A DNA stretch of 63,538 nt, filler included, from Octopus bimaculoides (GCF_001194135.2; 5 parts of 5 records of this genome joined end to end with filler, not necessarily neighbours in it); one strand, 5' to 3'. Positions 26,088 through 38,508 are shown, numbered from the whole stretch's first letter. Numbers and translations are program-made. The notes: a model not told the origin generated them from the letters alone.

Positions 26088-26410
26088 GCGCATAGCTCAG
26101 TGGTTAGAGCGTCTGTCTCATACTCATGAGTTGGTGAGTGCGATTCCCGGACCGGGCTATGTTATGTTCTTAAGCATGTTACTCCAGTTCACTCAACGTT
26201 AAAAATAAGTTGCGATGTCACTGGTGAAAAACTGTATCGGCCTTCGCCTTTCCCTTGAATAATATCGGTGGCGTGGAGAGGGGAGGCTTGTATGTATGGA
26301 TGATTGTTGGTCTTCCATAAACAGCCTTGCTCGGACTTGCACCTCGAAGGAGAAATGTCTAGGTGCAATCCCATAGTCATTCATGACTGAAGGGGGTCTT
26401 TACCTTTATC
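26088..26410 (+). mobile_element. tRNA-derived SINE family E
   Basis: A box TAGCTCAGTGG, B-box-like GTGAGTGCGATTCC, CORE-like CTCCAGTTCACTCA, structured 3' tail; about 320 bp and not a foldable tRNA. Confidence 0.75.
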
Positions 26411-26548
26411 TTATTGCAACTAAGTATCGGCCCAGACAAACTAAATGACTAAAGTGTATATATATTTGTGTATATTGTTTGAGTGTGTGCGTACTTTCGC
26501 ATTGTGTACGTACATGCGTGCGTGCATATAAATGGAATTACATTTCAC

Positions 26549-26618
26549 GGTGGTGCACCAGCATGACCGAAGCCACTTGGTTGAAACCCATAAATAAATA
26601 AATAAATAAATAAATAAA
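26549..26618 (+). mobile_element. Severely 5'-truncated retroposon tail plus (TAAA)n
   Basis: GGTGGTGCACCAGCATGACC..GAAAC is homologous to the family B and L-b 3' tail. Confidence 0.6.
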
Positions 26619-26877
26619 TTAGATCATTTTAATAATATGTACTTGTATACGGGAAAACGGCTACTTTTGAATTCGCTTTCGGTTCTGATGATAATATTAT
26701 AACTGTCTCAAATTCCATACAAGCCAACTCATGATATTGCATTACAGTTGAAGCAATCTTCCGTACAGTACTTTAAAGTAATTTTTTTAATTAATGTTTC
26801 TAAAAACAATATGTGTGTGGGTGTACATTTTGCGCGCGCCTATGCAGAGGCATACCTATAAACATAAGCACACTCAT

Positions 26878-26908
<31 letters not shown>

Positions 26909-27199
26909 CATACATACATACATACATAAGGACCCACACATGTTAAAACATATATCAATAAAACTTGTTAATTAAACATTTTGAATCCGTTTATTTTTCC
27001 TTTGTGAATACGAACGAAATTTAAGGGGGCTTTTATTTGCATAAAAGATACTTAGTCGCGTACATACAAGGCGTTAACAGTTCAGTTCTTTAGTTCAATC
27101 TATTACTACATTAAGTCAAAATTCTGAATGTTTCGGTCTAACAAATGAAACACAGCATCATTGATTTGAAGATCCCTTTCTGTATGGTTACATACTATC

Positions 27200-27450
27200 T
27201 ACATAGACCAGGTTATTTTGAACTTATGAAGAACCGTCTCATTCAAGAATTTCGATAAAGCCGCAGGACATTAAGTTCATCATCTCTGCTTGACTGAAAC
27301 TTGGCACTGTAAACTATCGACTTTGCCAGACAGTTACCGTCTGGTGGAGAATTCTCACGAATTCTACAGCTGCAAGATCTTTGTTGGTTACTTGTTTTCA
27401 TCTTTGTAACGTTATAACCTCTTAAATAACACCGAAATTCTTGCAAGTCG
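27200..27450 (-). pseudogene. Degenerate PLE GIY-YIG remnant (CxCR..CPxxGxCL type)
   Basis: RSCSCRIRENSPPDGNCLAKSIVYSAK resembles the CNCR..CPLxGxCL..IVYxA motif that precedes PLE GIY-YIG domains. Confidence 0.55.
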
Positions 27451-27874
27451 AATAACTAACATTAACAGAGTTCCTTTTCAATATAGTTTTGTGGAAAATT
27501 GTGATGTATTAAATGAAGGAATTCTCTTGCTATATTAGTTTTTACTGCTGAGTTAAATGCTAGGTTGTACTACAAATTTTTCCTATTCTTACGCTATGCA
27601 TTACCAGTGTTTTTTTACGCATCTAATCTTATCTATTTTATTAGCGCCTCATTCTAATGTCAGTTGTACCCATAATAGCATATCCATTAGAAGATAACAA
27701 GGACACCCGTTTACTAATAATGTTAACCAAGTTCCCCAATATACTAGCTGATGATTGGAAACCAATAACTGAGGTCTGGAAATTGGAGCCTTTCAATTAT
27801 ATTGTATTTAAAAAAATACTCGATATTTGTTCTGTGTCCCATAATTTATCGCTTTTGGTGAACCAACAATATGC

Positions 27875-27919
<45 letters not shown>

Positions 27920-28693
27920 TTAAAAGTTGAGTCTACTCTAAGTTACGACCAGGACTAGGCTGTTCAAACTTTGTATACGGACGAAAATAGCGTTCTATTT
28001 TAACCGTTATAGGCCATAGTTGAAGAACTTCTGCAAAAGAAAACAGGAAGCAATCTTAGTAAAAAGTGTTTAAAGCCAAGTCATTCAGGCAAAAGTGGAA
28101 TGATAAACAATAGGAGCTACAACAAGCTTCATTTGCGATGTGAAGTTAAGCAATTAACAACTTTATTAAGTGTACCTTGTACAATAACAAATATAAACAC
28201 ACACATATACATATTCAGAAACAAAACACTCAAGATAAATACAAAGCATTCAATTATGCAAACATAAAGATTTTCTCTTAAATGGTTTCTTATCCCAGAA
28301 TACAGAAACACAAACATAAAATAGGATTTTTTCGCAGGATGAGATTCAATTAAATACAATGTAAGGCTTTTACATCCACCATGTGTTGGTTTAGGTCATG
28401 GTCAAGACTAAATATGCAAGTTTGTTTCTCTCGCCCCCGTGCGTATCTCATGGGACAAAATGTTTCATTTAGTAGTTGGAACAAGGAGTGAGAAAGTTTA
28501 TAAATTTGATTCTGCCGTTCAGTAACGCAGTTAACTGTCATTAATCAGGAAATATTCATGAAATGTGCCAGAGAATAAACCAAGAGAAGAATTGACTTTT
28601 ATTACTTTGTTTAATTTGGAATGTTTTTGTTTGTTATTATCTTCCTTCANNNNNNNNNNNNNNNNNNNNNNNNNNNNNNNNNNNNNNNNNNNN

Positions 28694-28705
28694 TTAATTA
28701 ATTAA
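28694..28705. other. Artificial scaffold-join spacer TTAATTAATTAA
   Basis: Exactly 44 N + 12 nt + 44 N = 100; palindromic, with stops in all six frames. Confidence 0.95.
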
Positions 28706-29253
28706 NNNNNNNNNNNNNNNNNNNNNNNNNNNNNNNNNNNNNNNNNNNNAATAGTATTGTCTTTTACTTGAACTGGGTGTGTTGATTCTAAAGAAATTGT
28801 TGCATAAATTTTTAGCGAATTTGTTTCAATTTGAGTTTTATAAACATATGCAAAATAATAACCAATCAGCTTTAGAAAACATTCTGTAAGTACATTCATT
28901 CAAGATTTTCTGAGTAAACTTGCTTTTATTTAAAATTCTATGCAAATATATATAATTGTTCTAAATGAATTATTTCTCTAATTAGTATCTGATATTTTAC
29001 ACTGCTAATGAATTTAAGATTTTTAATTAATATGTTTCCTTTTTGCAGACGTATCACAAAACTCGCTGAAAATATAACATTCATGAAAGTTAAGCCATTT
29101 CTCATGGTCCACAACTTGCAAAATAAATACAAACAGACATTACCAATGGAGCAATCGATATAAATGTGTATTAATGTATGTGTGTGTGTGTATGTTGGTA
29201 TGTGTGTTTTTCAGTCTGCATGCATTTACGAACGTGAGTGTATAGATATGTCA

Positions 29254-29926
29254 TCTATAATAATAAATGGCAAATTTGTGTGCTTGTGAATTTGTTACTT
29301 TAACTTCTCCGAGACTATCCAACAGCCAGCCCTTGATGAAACTTGACACGTGTGGTCACTTACGCACCTGGAATTTTTAAAAAATCGATCTTTAATCAGC
29401 ATCGGTTTTTAAAAATCGTAATATTTCGGCATTTTTCGCACTAGCTATCGTGACATCAATTTGACGAAAAACACCGAAATTTGACGAAAAATGTTTCATG
29501 GGTATAAACAGACATCTTATTAACGGTAATCTATTTAGCATTTGCTAATTCTTCATTTCAATGTGAATTGTCTTGATTTGCTAAAACTTATTTCAATTCG
29601 TTGTTTTAATTCCTTAGCGTTTCAGGCTTTGATTAGGTAAAAGTATTTTATTTCTCAAGCAAAATTTAGGCATTTTGCACATTAGCCGCCGTGACATCAA
29701 TTTGATGAAGTCTACCCCAAAGCGTAAAACTTCGCCATTTTACACACATGCACAAAAATGACGACAACATGGGTTCGCTACCAGACTCTGCTTATTTTTT
29801 CGTCAAATTGGTCCAACCCATTAATATAGATTTTAAATTTTTTGAAAAATATTGAAATTTGAAAGATGTTTCATGGTAACAACAGATAGCTTATTAATGG
29901 TAATTTTTAGCGGTTACATCAGCTAG
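29254..29926 (+). mobile_element. Probable non-autonomous Helitron
   Basis: A|TCTATAATAATAAA 5' end, CAGCTAG|T 3' end, no TSD, internal degenerate duplications; the subterminal hairpin is not clearly preserved. Confidence 0.55.
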
Positions 29927-30086
29927 TATATAAATATATAAAATTTGATGTATTTTCAATGTCAAGTACGGTATTGCTGCTATTTCCAACCGGACCACTT
30001 ACTATGTAGAAGCTAAACCCTTATGGAACGACGGGAGGAAATGTCATGTGGGTAATCTCTGGTTAAACAATATCAAAGATAATCCT

Positions 30087-30294
30087 TTCTATTATAGGCA
30101 CAAGGCTTGAAATTTGGGGGAAGAGGTATAGTCGATTACATGAACCCCCAGTACTCAACTGGTACTTAATTTATCGACCCCGAAAGGATGAAGGCGAAAT
30201 TTGAACTCGGCGAAATTTGAACTCAGAACGTAGCGACGGGCGAAATACAGCTAAGCATTTTGTACAGCGTGCTAACAATTGTGACAGCTCGCCG
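30087..30294 (-). mobile_element. SINE family A
   Basis: Homologous to other A copies; flanking TCAAAGATAAT direct repeat; internal 16-bp duplication. Confidence 0.88.
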
Positions 30295-30407
30295 ATTTAG
30301 CAGTGTCAAAGATAATAACAGCAAAATCAATTACGCTAACCATGGTTTGTATGCATTTGATCATATAAATTTTTTCCCCTTTATCAAACAATATTTACTA
30401 CATTTCC

Positions 30408-30769
30408 CGTAGAGGTCGACTTTGCCTTTCATACTTTCGAGGTCGATAAATTAAGTATTAATTGCGTACTGGGGTCGATCTAATCCACTGGCTCCCTCCC
30501 CCAAAACTTCGGGCCTTGTGCCTTGAGTAGAAAAGAATATTTAATACATTTCCAAGGCGGCGAACTGGCAGAAACGTTAGCACGTCGGGAGAAATACTTG
30601 GCGATATTTCGTCCGTCTTTACGTTCTGAGTTCAAATTCCGCCGAAGTCGACTTTGCCTTTCATCCTTTCGGGGTCCATAAATTAAATACCAGTTGCGTA
30701 CTGGGGTCAATCTAATCGACTGGTCCCCTCCCCTAAAATTTCGGGACTTGTGCTTAGAGTTGAAAAGCG
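30408..30769 (+). mobile_element. Two tandem SINE A (A2) copies sharing a triplicated target site
   Basis: TATTTA(C/A/G)TACATTTCC at 30392-30407, 30538-30553 and 30770-30785. Confidence 0.88.
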
Positions 30770-30860
30770 TATTTAGTACATTTCCGTATAAGAATATGAT
30801 TTATTTTTGTTTTTTATTTTTAGTTGTATCATATACTTCTTAATGCAGTAGTATAAATGG

Positions 30861-31005
30861 TGTGGAGGCTCAATGGCCCAATGGTTAGGGCAGCGGACTC
30901 GCGGTCATAGGATCGCCGTTTCGAATCCCAGACCGGGCGTTGTGAGTGTTTATTGAGCGAAAACACCTAAAGCTCCGGTAGGGGATGGTGGCGAACTCTG
31001 CTGTC
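30861..31005 (+). mobile_element. SINE family C, 5' part
   Basis: A box TGGCCCAATGG, B box GTTTCGAATCCC; matches 44160-44465 (-). Confidence 0.85.
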
Positions 31006-31042
31006 TATTGTAGTAAGGAATATTGTGGGTGTAAGCTCACAA

Positions 31043-31225
31043 GCCAGCAGAATCGTTAGCGCGCCGGGCAAAATGCTTAATGGCATTTCGTCCGTTTTTA
31101 TGTTCTGAGTTCAAATCCCACCGACGTCGATTTTGTCATTCATCCTTTTGCAGCCGATAACATAAGAACCAGTTAAATACTGGGGTCGCTTCTGAAATCG
31201 CTGGCCTAAATTTGAGACCAAAATT
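31043..31225 (+). mobile_element. Degenerate SINE family A
   Basis: CAGAATCGTTAGC..GAGTTCAAATCCC..CATCCTTT. Confidence 0.8.
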
Positions 31226-31379
31226 TGTGCTGTGTGTTAGGCAACCCTTTATTCTGTAACCTCATGGATTTTGGTGCATCTTTGAGACATTCATTTCCTG
31301 CAATTAAAAGAAAATAAACTTGGAAAATATCCAATATGGAGCTTTTTTTTTCAGTCTTTGCTTTCAAACAGAATTTATT

Positions 31380-31720
31380 TTAATGCAGTTCTATATTTAA
31401 GAGATGAGGAATTATGTACATTATTTACATTTGACGGATATTTGTCCTCATCTTGTTTGTTGTTAACAAAACGTTTCCACGCGCATATGGCGTAGTGGTT
31501 AAGAGCGCAGGATACTAACCCCAAGATTCCGAGTTCGATTCCAGGCAGTGACCTGAATAATAATAATAATAATGATAATAATGAAGGAAAAAAATGTTTT
31601 CTAATTGATGTATCACTACCAGCAGATGACAACGTTTCCCTAAAAGAAATGGAAGAACTTTCAAAATACAAAGAAAACAAGATAAGGAAAAATATCCGTC
31701 AAATGTAAATAATGTAGAAT
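31380..31720 (+). mobile_element. Composite PLE terminal remnant: inverted pLTR end, tRNA-like module D, (TAA)n, RLE fragment, direct pLTR end
   Basis: 43-bp inverted repeat 31416-31458/31674-31716; A box 31488-31498; B box 31531-31542. Confidence 0.65.
31583..31672 (+). pseudogene. Fragment of a restriction-like endonuclease domain from an R4/Dong-type non-LTR element
   Basis: EGKKCFLIDVSLPADDNVSLKEMEELSKYK matches the LIDVxxP.D.N...KE.EK..KY motif of RLE domains. Confidence 0.75.
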
Positions 31721-32584
31721 TTATTTTATGAATTTCTTATTGTGATACGTCAGACGAAATAACCGTAAGAAAACAACCTACTAGAAATAACAGCTAAATA
31801 TCTCTTAAATCACATCCTACCATTTAAAAAAAATACATTAACACACTATATTTTCATAAACAAAAATATAAGAAGATAGTCACAGGGAGAAATAATTTTC
31901 CTCATAGGTCTCCAAAATTGGGATTTACCCGAGGATAAATTACAAGTTAAAAGTCTAGTTTGCATTTCATTTTTAGAAAATTTATAAAATTTATACCATA
32001 CTATTTTGTCAATAATTTTACATAATTCAGTCGGATGAATTATGTCGAGTAAATGATGCAAATATGACATAGCAACAGACTACATTTGTAATGGCGTGAA
32101 ACTTAATTACAGAAGAAAATACAAACTAATATATTTCCTCGAGAAAAGAATTATAATCGCCAACAAAATTAAATAAAACCTTTAAACAGAATCGTTCTGT
32201 AAACAATCTAGTTGCTATTTAAAATATAAATATATACGACAAATAGAAACAAGAATTTAAATTACAATCGTTTCGAAACAGCGCTCCCTCTCTCTCTCTC
32301 TCTCTCTCTCGCTCTGTATTTACACATTATGTTCGATAATTATTTGGCAGAGCTAAATGAGTTATCATAAAGCTAAAGAATTAATTACAAGGTAATTGTT
32401 TCTCAGTGTGTCCAGGATCACTTGGTAGTGACATTTTCTTTTTCTTATATTTTCTGTATATATATCTTTTTTTTCAATTTTTCCATTGTTACTCACTAGA
32501 GTTTAACAAGAAATGAAAGAACGGAAATTATCCGAAGAATATTCATAATTTGATGGCATACACATACATACGTATAAACTCGCA

Positions 32585-32615
<31 letters not shown>

Positions 32616-32656
32616 GCGCGTGTGTGTGTTTCGATGTACATATACGCATATACATA

Positions 32657-32750
32657 CAGTAATCCCTCGACTATCGCGGGTGTTACGTTCTAAGACCCCC
32701 CCCCCACCGCGATAGGTGAAAATTTACCCGTGTTTAATGCTTTTTAAAGC
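32657..32750 (+). mobile_element. Tigger/pogo-like non-autonomous element, one end
   Basis: TA|CAGTAATCCCTCGACTATCGCGGGTGTTACGTTC matches the reverse complement of 61641-61677. Confidence 0.65.
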
Positions 32751-32784
32751 CTAGTACTTATTCTATCGGCGTCTTTTGTGGGGA

Positions 32785-32918
32785 ATCCGCACACAAGGCT
32801 TTTGTTGGCCCGAGGCCAAAGTAGAAAACACTTACCTTAGGTTCCTCACACTAAGAGTGAACCCAGAATCATGTGGTTGGGAGGCAAACTTCTTACCACA
32901 CAGTCTCGCCTGTGCCTA
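32785..32918 (-). mobile_element. SINE family B, 5' part
   Basis: Reverse complement matches the 5058 and 35128 heads. Confidence 0.8.
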
Positions 32919-32933
32919 TAGATAGATAGATAA

Positions 32934-32983
<50 letters not shown>

Positions 32984-33159
32984 GTATATGTGTCTGTATG
33001 TATATGTATATAAACACATAAGAGGAATCCACTCATGGGATTCCTTACGCTCGAAAGAACAGCTAGATTCTAGAATCACAAAATTAGGGATAAAATCCCG
33101 AAGGAAACGGAATGAAAAATTTTAAATTTTACCGTCTATAGACAGACAGACAGACAGAC

Positions 33160-33219
<60 letters not shown>

Positions 33220-33872
33220 GGAGAGAAATAACCAATTGCAATAATTTTGTCTGCAAAGACAAGGGTAATAACAGCCGGAATGTCTCACTTCATAAATCTT
33301 CTCTTATAAGTTGGGTTCTAACTCAAATAAGAAAGCAATGTCTACAACAATAAACGTCGACATGAATAACAGTGGTAACTTTTCTATGGATCGAACCACT
33401 CTAAGTCGAGTAGAAGTTTAGTTACGTAGCCGAGTGTCTGGCCCAAGAGCTATCTTATATCATATATGTGTTTTATTCATTTTATCATGATCACTGCCGA
33501 AGCCATAGCGTCTGTTATTTAGCTATTTCAATCTTGTCAACTCTGCAAATTCCATCGACATTATCAACACGGATATCTTAGCTGTCTTCATCATAGTCGC
33601 AAACATCGGCGTAGTTGTCACCATCATCATTGTTATCAAGGAAAACCACCACCGCCTCATCATCATCATCATCGTCACCATTATCATCGCCAACGTCATT
33701 GTCAATGTCCTCGACAACGTCATCGTTATCATCATCATCATCTTAATCATATATATTCATCTCTATTTTGAAGGGTGTTTTAATGCAGTAATCCCTCTGC
33801 AACCCCTTCGCTTAATTGGTTTATGAACGTTTTACTAGTTTATTCAAACCCTGATTTAACCATTCAGTTTCT

Positions 33873-34308
33873 TATTTCTTTATTGCCCACAAGGGGCTAC
33901 ACATAGAGGGAACAAACAAGGACAGACAAAGGGATTAAGTCGGTTACATCGACCCCAATGCGTGACTGATACTTATTTAATCGACCCCGAAAGGATGAAA
34001 GGTAAAGTCGACCTCGGCGGAATTTGAACTCAGAACATAAAGACAGACGAAATACTGTTAAGCATTTCGCCCAGCATGCTAACGTTTCTTATTTCTTTAT
34101 TGCCCACAAGGGGCTAAACATAGAGGGGAAAAACAAGGACAGACAAAGTGATTAAGTCGATTATATCGACTCCAGTGCATAACTGGTACTTATTTAATCG
34201 ACCCCGAAAGGATGAAAGGCAAAGTCGACCTCGGCGGAATTTGAACTCAGAACGTAGCGGCAGACGAAATACCACCAGGCGTGCTAACGTTTCTGCCAGC
34301 TCGCCGCC
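33873..34308 (-). mobile_element. SINE A1-A1 nested/dimeric locus with one outer 17-bp TSD
   Basis: TTAACCATTCAGTTTCT at 33856-33872 and 34309-34325; junction AATAAGAAA|CGTTAGC at about 34081-34095. Confidence 0.92.
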
Positions 34309-34399
34309 TTAACCATTCAGTTTCTGTTTTTGAAGTGAAAACTCTTGAATTTCTCTTCAAGAATTCACAATGATTTCACTTTTCACTTTAAAGATTCTA

Positions 34400-34941
34400 T
34401 ACAAGGTTTGAAGAAAAAACATCAGGATTGTAGCTATGGTAACGGAGCTAAAGCACGCAGAGTGAAGCCACTTGGCACAGACTGACTTTGAATTTTGTGG
34501 CATATGTACACTAAGTACATTCTCGCTCACTTCCGTTGTTTATAGCAGTGCTTGGAGGTAAAGTGTGTAGAGTGTGGTCGTCTCTACATGAAGATCAAGT
34601 TTCAACTGGGCAGGATCTTGATTTTGTCAAGGGAAAGGAAAAAACTTTTGAAAACGATCATAACAGGTGACGAATCGGTGGGCCCCGAAATTTCTGGTTT
34701 GAAATGAATCCTGCTTGAAAGAAATAGGATTTCCAGACATCGAAGAAAGTCAAGAGAATGTGACGTGGCTCAATAACAAAAAAAGGAGTTCCAGAAATGC
34801 TTCTATCAATGGAAACGACGCTGGATAACGTGTGTGGTCCCAGAAGGGGACTACTTCTAAGAAGGCTAAATGCCGAATTGATATGTGCTGTAGTTTTCTT
34901 TTTATAGTATCAATCCCAATATCTTTTGATCAGACCTTGTA
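34400..34941 (+). mobile_element. Internally deleted mariner element with both TIRs and TA TSDs
   Basis: TIRs TACAAGGTTTGAAGAAAAAACATCAGGATTG and reverse-complement TACAAGGTCTGATCAAAAGATATTGGGATTG; remnants LLKTIITGDES and EFQKCFYQWKRRWITCVVPEGDYF. Confidence 0.85.
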
Positions 34942-35127
34942 TTCTTTCAAAAGATACTGCAATTTTTTTTGTTATAAGTATTTCAGAACTGCGTACCAAG
35001 TCAATTACACATTAACATATTCAGTTATGTTAATGAATATCTAAACAATTCTCTGTAAAATCCGACGTGTACAGGCCCATATTTAATTCGCTAACGTACA
35101 AAGTGTAAGTTAGCAAATTCATTCCGT

Positions 35128-35270
35128 AGCTTGCTTCCCAACCACATGGTTCTGGGTTCAGTCCCACTGCGTGGCACCTTGGACAAGTGTCTTCTACTAT
35201 AGCCTCGGGCCGACCAAAAGCCTTGTGAGTGGATTTGACAGACGGAAACTGAAAGAAGCCCGTCGTATAT
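35128..35270 (+). mobile_element. SINE family B, 5' half running into (TA)n and a gap
   Basis: Close match to 5066-5203. Confidence 0.9.
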
Positions 35271-36302
35271 ATGTATATATATATATATATATNNNNNNNN
35301 NNNNNNNNNNNNNNNNNNNNNNNNNNNNNNNNNNNNNNNNNNNNNNNNNNNNNNNNNNNNNNNNNNNNNNNNNNNNNNNNNNNNNNNNNNNNNNNNNNNN
35401 NNNNNNNNNNNNNNNNNNNNNNNNNNNNNNNNNNNNNNNNNNNNNNNNNNNNNNNNNNNNNNNNNNNNNNNNNNNNNNNNNNNNNNNNNNNNNNNNNNNN
35501 NNNNNNNNNNNNNNNNNNNNNNNNNNNNNNNNNNNNNNNNNNNNNNNNNNNNNNNNNNNNNNNNNNNNNNNNNNNNNNNNNNNNNNNNNNNNNNNNNNNN
35601 NNNNNNNNNNNNNNNNNNNNNNNNNNNNNNNNNNNNNNNNNNNNNNNNNNNNNNNNNNNNNNNNNNNNNNNNNNNNNNNNNNNNNNNNNNNNNNNNNNNN
35701 NNNNNNNNNNNNNNNNNNNNNNNNNNNNNNNNNNNNNNNNNNNNNNNNNNNNNNNNNNNNNNNNNNNNNNNNNNNNNNNNNNNNNNNNNNNNNNNNNNNN
35801 NNNNNNNTATATATATACATATATGCATACACATATATATACAAGTGCTAGCGGCCGTACCCACATACTCTCTGGTTTATTAATATTTGAAATAAATTCA
35901 ATCAGCTAAATTTATATTTTGTATCAAGTGTTTTTCTTTTTAAACGTTACTGACAATAATCACTTTGTCCTAAAATGTTTATTCGTTGAAAATAGTTGCC
36001 TTCAAGCCAACAGGAATATAGTTCAAGCTTCATGAATATGCCCCAAAAATTAAATGAACAACCACAAAAAACGAAAATTTTATTCTTACGTTTTTTATTT
36101 GCTTGGTAAATATTGTTTTCAAACCACTGTAGGAATTTGCATAATGTCTCTAAATAGAATATTTTTCTAATCAGCAGCTTGTCTCATTGTCCATTGCAAC
36201 GCTTAGAAGCACAAGCTAATCTATCTACCAATCTATTTATCTGTCTGTCTATCGTCTCTTTATCTATCTAGTTATTTATTTATCTATCTATCTATCTATC
36301 TA

Positions 36303-37204
36303 TCAGGTTGTCCCATAAATTCTGTCCCATTTTACCTTTTTTAAAATTGAATGAAATTTAATAGTATTTTAGAATGTCTAATAGAATTTAAAATTATTTT
36401 TATGCATTTGTGTACATTTATACTAATTAAATATTATTTTACAGAATAATAGAATTAAAATTTCTTTGATTAAAACCTTTCTAACATGGAAGTATCCAAA
36501 GAGCATTTAAGGCACATAATGCTTTATGAGTACAAAAAAGGAAACTCTGCAGCCGAAGCGACTCGAAACATACACTCAGTTTATGGGAAAGAATGCTTGA
36601 ATGAAAGAACTTGCAGAAAATGGTTTGCAAAATTCAGAAGTGGCGATTTCAGCCCTGAAGATGAAGATCGAACAGGAGTCCAGTTGAGTTTGATGATAAG
36701 CTCCTTGAGGCATTACTTGAAGAAAATCCTGCAATATCAGTTGAGGAATTGGCAATAAAGCTTAGTTCAAACCATACAACTGTTCATCGTCATCTTCAAC
36801 AACTTGGAAAGATTCCTAAACTTGGAAAATGTGTGCCTCATGAATTGTCCGAAAGCAACCGCAAATCCCGAGTTCACATCTGCTCTTCTCTTCATTCTCG
36901 CGAACTCGTTTCACCCTTTTTGAATAGACTTGTGACTGGTGACGAAAAATGGATCTTCTATCGAAATGTTAAACGTCGTAAACAGTGGCTTGGTAAAAGG
37001 GAAAAAGTTCAAACACAACCGAGAAGGGTACTTCATGGGAAAAAGGTTCTTTTCTCTATTTGGTGGGATTGCAAAGGAGTAGTTCACTTCGAATTGTTAC
37101 CACCTAATGCAACAATCAATGCTCAAGTCTACTGTAGGTAATTAGAGCGTTTGAACCAAGCTTTGAAGAAAAAAAGACCCGCTTTAGTGAATCGAAAAGG
37201 AGTG
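36303..37204 (+). mobile_element. 3'-truncated mariner element with one TIR
   Basis: TA|TCAGGTTGTCCCATAAATTCTGTCCC end followed by a transposase pseudogene; no right TIR found. Confidence 0.85.
36486..37204 (+). pseudogene. Mariner (D,D34D-type, Hsmar1/Mos1-like) transposase pseudogene
   Basis: HTH N-terminus, CVPHEL (WVPHEL motif), LVTGDEKW, KVLFSIWWD; frameshift at about 36678, TAA at 37139-37141, truncated before the second Asp. Confidence 0.93.
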
Positions 37205-37561
37205 ACTGTTACTTCTAGCAGTTCAAACAAGAATATTTATTTCTTTATTGCCCACTGAGCCAAATTTCTTGCTATTTGTAGCAGAGCTTGATATTGCGAA
37301 GAGATCGAATCGTAGAGCTGATAATCCTGGTGATGGCTACGATTAGGGTGAGATGACATGATCGTGATAGTGATGACAGTAAGGATAAAGATGTCAGTGT
37401 AATAGTAACAGCGAAGAAAACGATAACTCCAAAGGGACGAAATGAAAGAATTTGCTTTTTAAATCTAGACTGTCGTAGTTTAAATCATGAGGGATGTTTC
37501 ATAAATTTATAAAACTATAAAAGGGAAAAAAACTATTCGGAAAAATTACACAAGTAAAAAA

Positions 37562-37632
<71 letters not shown>

Positions 37633-37849
37633 GTTCTGAGTTCAAATTCCGCCGAGGTCGACTTTGCTTTTCATCCTTTCCAAGTCGATAAATTAAGTAC
37701 CAGTTACACACTGAGGTCGATGTAATCGACTCATCCATTGCCCCATAATGGCTGCCCTTGCGGCAAAATTTGAAACCGTTATTGTTATTATTGTTATTAT
37801 TATCATTATTAATATTATTTTTATTAAATTATTATAATTATCATTAATA

Positions 37850-37925
<76 letters not shown>

Positions 37926-38011
37926 CAACATCATTGTTATTATCATTAGCGTCTCTTTATCGTCATTAGCATCGTCACCATCTTCATTGTCATTATTATT
38001 ATTATTATTAT

Positions 38012-38075
<64 letters not shown>
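37562..38075. repeat. (AAT)n, (TTA)n and (TAG)n arrays around a 5'-truncated SINE A (37630-37775)
   Basis: Visible arrays; the SINE piece begins ACGTTCTGAGTTCAAATTCC. Confidence 0.9.
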
Positions 38076-38076
<1 letters not shown>

Positions 38077-38468
38077 CGTAAAAAGGAAATGTTTTAAAAA
38101 AAAGCAGAAATTAGTTTTTGATTTAAAGAAGAAAAAGCAGAGATACCATAAAACAAAATCATTCATTTTTGACGCTTTTATTAGCTTGGACAGCCATGTT
38201 TCTTATTGAATTGTTTTGTTTTTTTTTCCTTCCAATCTCGTGTTTTATCATATTCTGATTTTGTTGACTTGGTGCGCAAATCCATTTTTGTAAAACAATC
38301 TTAATTACATCTTAAAGCATCCGCTTCTTACAGGTTCTCTTCAACAACACATTTACAGAACGCCGATTTTGCTATTATCTTCGTACGTCTCTTTAGCTCT
38401 TGTTGCACTTTCTCTCAATCTCGTTCTCATTCTCTCTTTCTTCACATATATTTTAACACACCCTCTCT

Positions 38469-38508
<40 letters not shown>

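Noticed and set aside
26088-26160. tRNA-like heads (also 30861, 31478, 44400) as tRNA genes
   Set aside because: Acceptor and T stems do not pair, and each continues into repeat body sequence; they are SINE-type promoters
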